Below are positions 62,671 to 64,000 of a stretch of DNA of 64,000 nucleotides, piece after piece. Origin of the DNA: an uncultured Pelagibacteraceae bacterium. GTDB lineage: Bacteria > Pseudomonadota > Alphaproteobacteria > Pelagibacterales > Pelagibacteraceae. The notes beneath the pieces are model-generated. The model did no database searches. It was not told the DNA's origin and worked only from the letters and a program-made list of their open reading frames with translations. Location: positions 1,061-65,060 of the forward strand of contig CABYVK010000007.1 of NCBI GenBank assembly GCA_902522385.1. Direction: 5' to 3'. How positions within the stretch are numbered: the first letter of the stretch is position 1; each line of letters opens with the position of its first letter. Made by a program: the position numbers and the translations under genes.

Positions 62671-63729
62671 TTATCTTGCAGGTGGAACGTAAAGAATTCC
62701 GCCTTTAGTCCACAATTCATTTGGACCTCTGTCTGGTAAAATACCAGTGTCTGCTATATTTCTTTTATAACTTTCACCATAATTACCAACTTGCTTAATA
62801 ATTCTTAAACTCCATTCGTTATCTAAACCAAATGCAGCACCTAATTCACCTTCAGCACCAACTAATCTTTTCACAGCTGGATTGTCAGAAGTTTTCATAG
62901 AATCTGCGTTTGATGAAGTAATACCATACTCTTCAGCCTCAATCATTGCGTTCAAAGACCATCTTACGATATCTTCCCAAACTGAATCACCTTGTCTAAC
63001 AACAGGACCCAAAGGTTCTTTTGAGATAGTTTCTGGTAAAACCATATGGTCATCAGGGTTTGCCATTTTTGTTCTTTGTGCAGCTAAACCTGATTTGTCC
63101 GTAGTATAAGTATCACATCTTCCAGCATCATAAGCTGCAACGACTTCATCAGCTTTTTCAAATGCTACTGGTTCATATGAAATATTTCTAGAGTTAAAGA
63201 AATCTCTCATGTTAAGTTCAGTAGTTGTACCAATATTTGTACAAGCTGAAATTCCATCTGAAAAATCATCAACAGAATTAATTCCAGAATCTTTTCTTAC
63301 CATGAAACCTTGTCCATCATAAAAGTTAACACCAACAAATGTTAAACCAATGTCAGCGTCTCTAGATAACGTCCAAGTAGTATTTCTTGATAATACATCA
63401 ATTTCACCAGAAGTAAGCGCTGTAAATCTTTCTTTAGCACTTAGAGGTGTATATTTAACTTTACTTGCATCACCTAAGACAGCAGCTGCAACAGCTCTAC
63501 ATACATCTACGTCAACTCCAGTCCAATTACCTGATGCATCAGCGTTTGAGAAACCTGGTAATCCTTGAGATACACCACATTTAACAAAACCAGCTTTTTT
63601 AGTAGCATCTACAGTTTTAGATGCTCCTTTCTTTTGTTGTTTATTCCCGGCCATTTGATCACAAGCAGCAACGAATACTAATGATGCAATAGCAATAAGA
63701 GAAAAAACTTTCTTGATATGTTTGAACAT
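62671..63729 (-). CDS. aapJ: General L-amino acid ABC transporter substrate-binding protein (AapJ/YhdW/BztA)
   Basis: CGVSQGLPGF, SRNTTWT, YDGQGF, SKEPLGP, VGNYGE. Confidence 0.92.
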   Translation of the reverse strand: MFKHIKKVFSLIAIASLVFVAACDQMAGNKQQKKGASKTVDATKKAGFVKCGVSQGLPGFSNADASGNWTGVDVDVCRAVAAAVLGDASKVKYTPLSAKERFTALTSGEIDVLSRNTTWTLSRDADIGLTFVGVNFYDGQGFMVRKDSGINSVDDFSDGISACTNIGTTTELNMRDFFNSRNISYEPVAFEKADEVVAAYDAGRCDTYTTDKSGLAAQRTKMANPDDHMVLPETISKEPLGPVVRQGDSVWEDIVRWSLNAMIEAEEYGITSSNADSMKTSDNPAVKRLVGAEGELGAAFGLDNEWSLRIIKQVGNYGESYKRNIADTGILPDRGPNELWTKGGILYVPPAR

Positions 63730-63831
63730 ATTTTATCCTCGTTATTAAGTTTATTAATATTAATGTTATTATCTAAACATTTAATTTGCTTTCAATCAAT
63801 AAGAAATTTTTAATTGAAATTTCAATAAAAG

Positions 63832-63908
63832 TGGCGCGCCCTGAAGGATTCGAACCTACGACCCTCGGTTTAGAAAACCGATGCTCTATCCAGCTGAGCT
63901 AAGGGCGC
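63832..63908 (-). tRNA. tRNA-Arg(TCT)
   Basis: Reverse complement GCGCCCT...TCGGT-TT-TCT-AA-ACCGA...AGGGCGC-G-CCA. Confidence 0.96.
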
Positions 63909-64000
63909 ATATAAAATATTCTACATATATATAACTATATTAATATTTAAAAAGAAATTTTTTTAATATTAATAGTAAAGACAAAAATTCAACTCTACCT

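Overview
Very AT-rich, gene-dense alphaproteobacterial chromosome with tiny or overlapping intergenic spacers. Gene content and order point to Candidatus Pelagibacter (SAR11); this is an inference and no database search was run. Most of the window is core backbone: dac-rlpA-mltB-rarD, sdhE, recG, tgt, coaD, gyrA, ssb, uvrA, secDF-yajC, serS, tatABC, scpAB, nagZ, argS, dgt, erpA, xth, zur-znuABC, manC-ilvD-valS, aapJQMP and five tRNAs (Ser-TGA, Lys-TTT, Cys-GCA, Asn-GTT, Arg-TCT). Two accessory regions stand out. (1) About 3.1-5.8 kb: a small island 5' of tRNA-Ser with a methyltransferase, a sulfotransferase-like gene and a GC-enriched structured non-coding element. (2) About 34.8-52.9 kb: an 18 kb phosphate-starvation block with pstSCAB-phoU-phoB, phoR, ppk1-ppx, an antisense sixA, plcP-agt-DAG-kinase lipid remodelling, an ArsR-less arsenate-reductase/aquaporin operon preceded by a PHO-box-like repeat, a PhyH dioxygenase and two unknown proteins. 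No CRISPR array, rRNA, transposase or integrase was seen.
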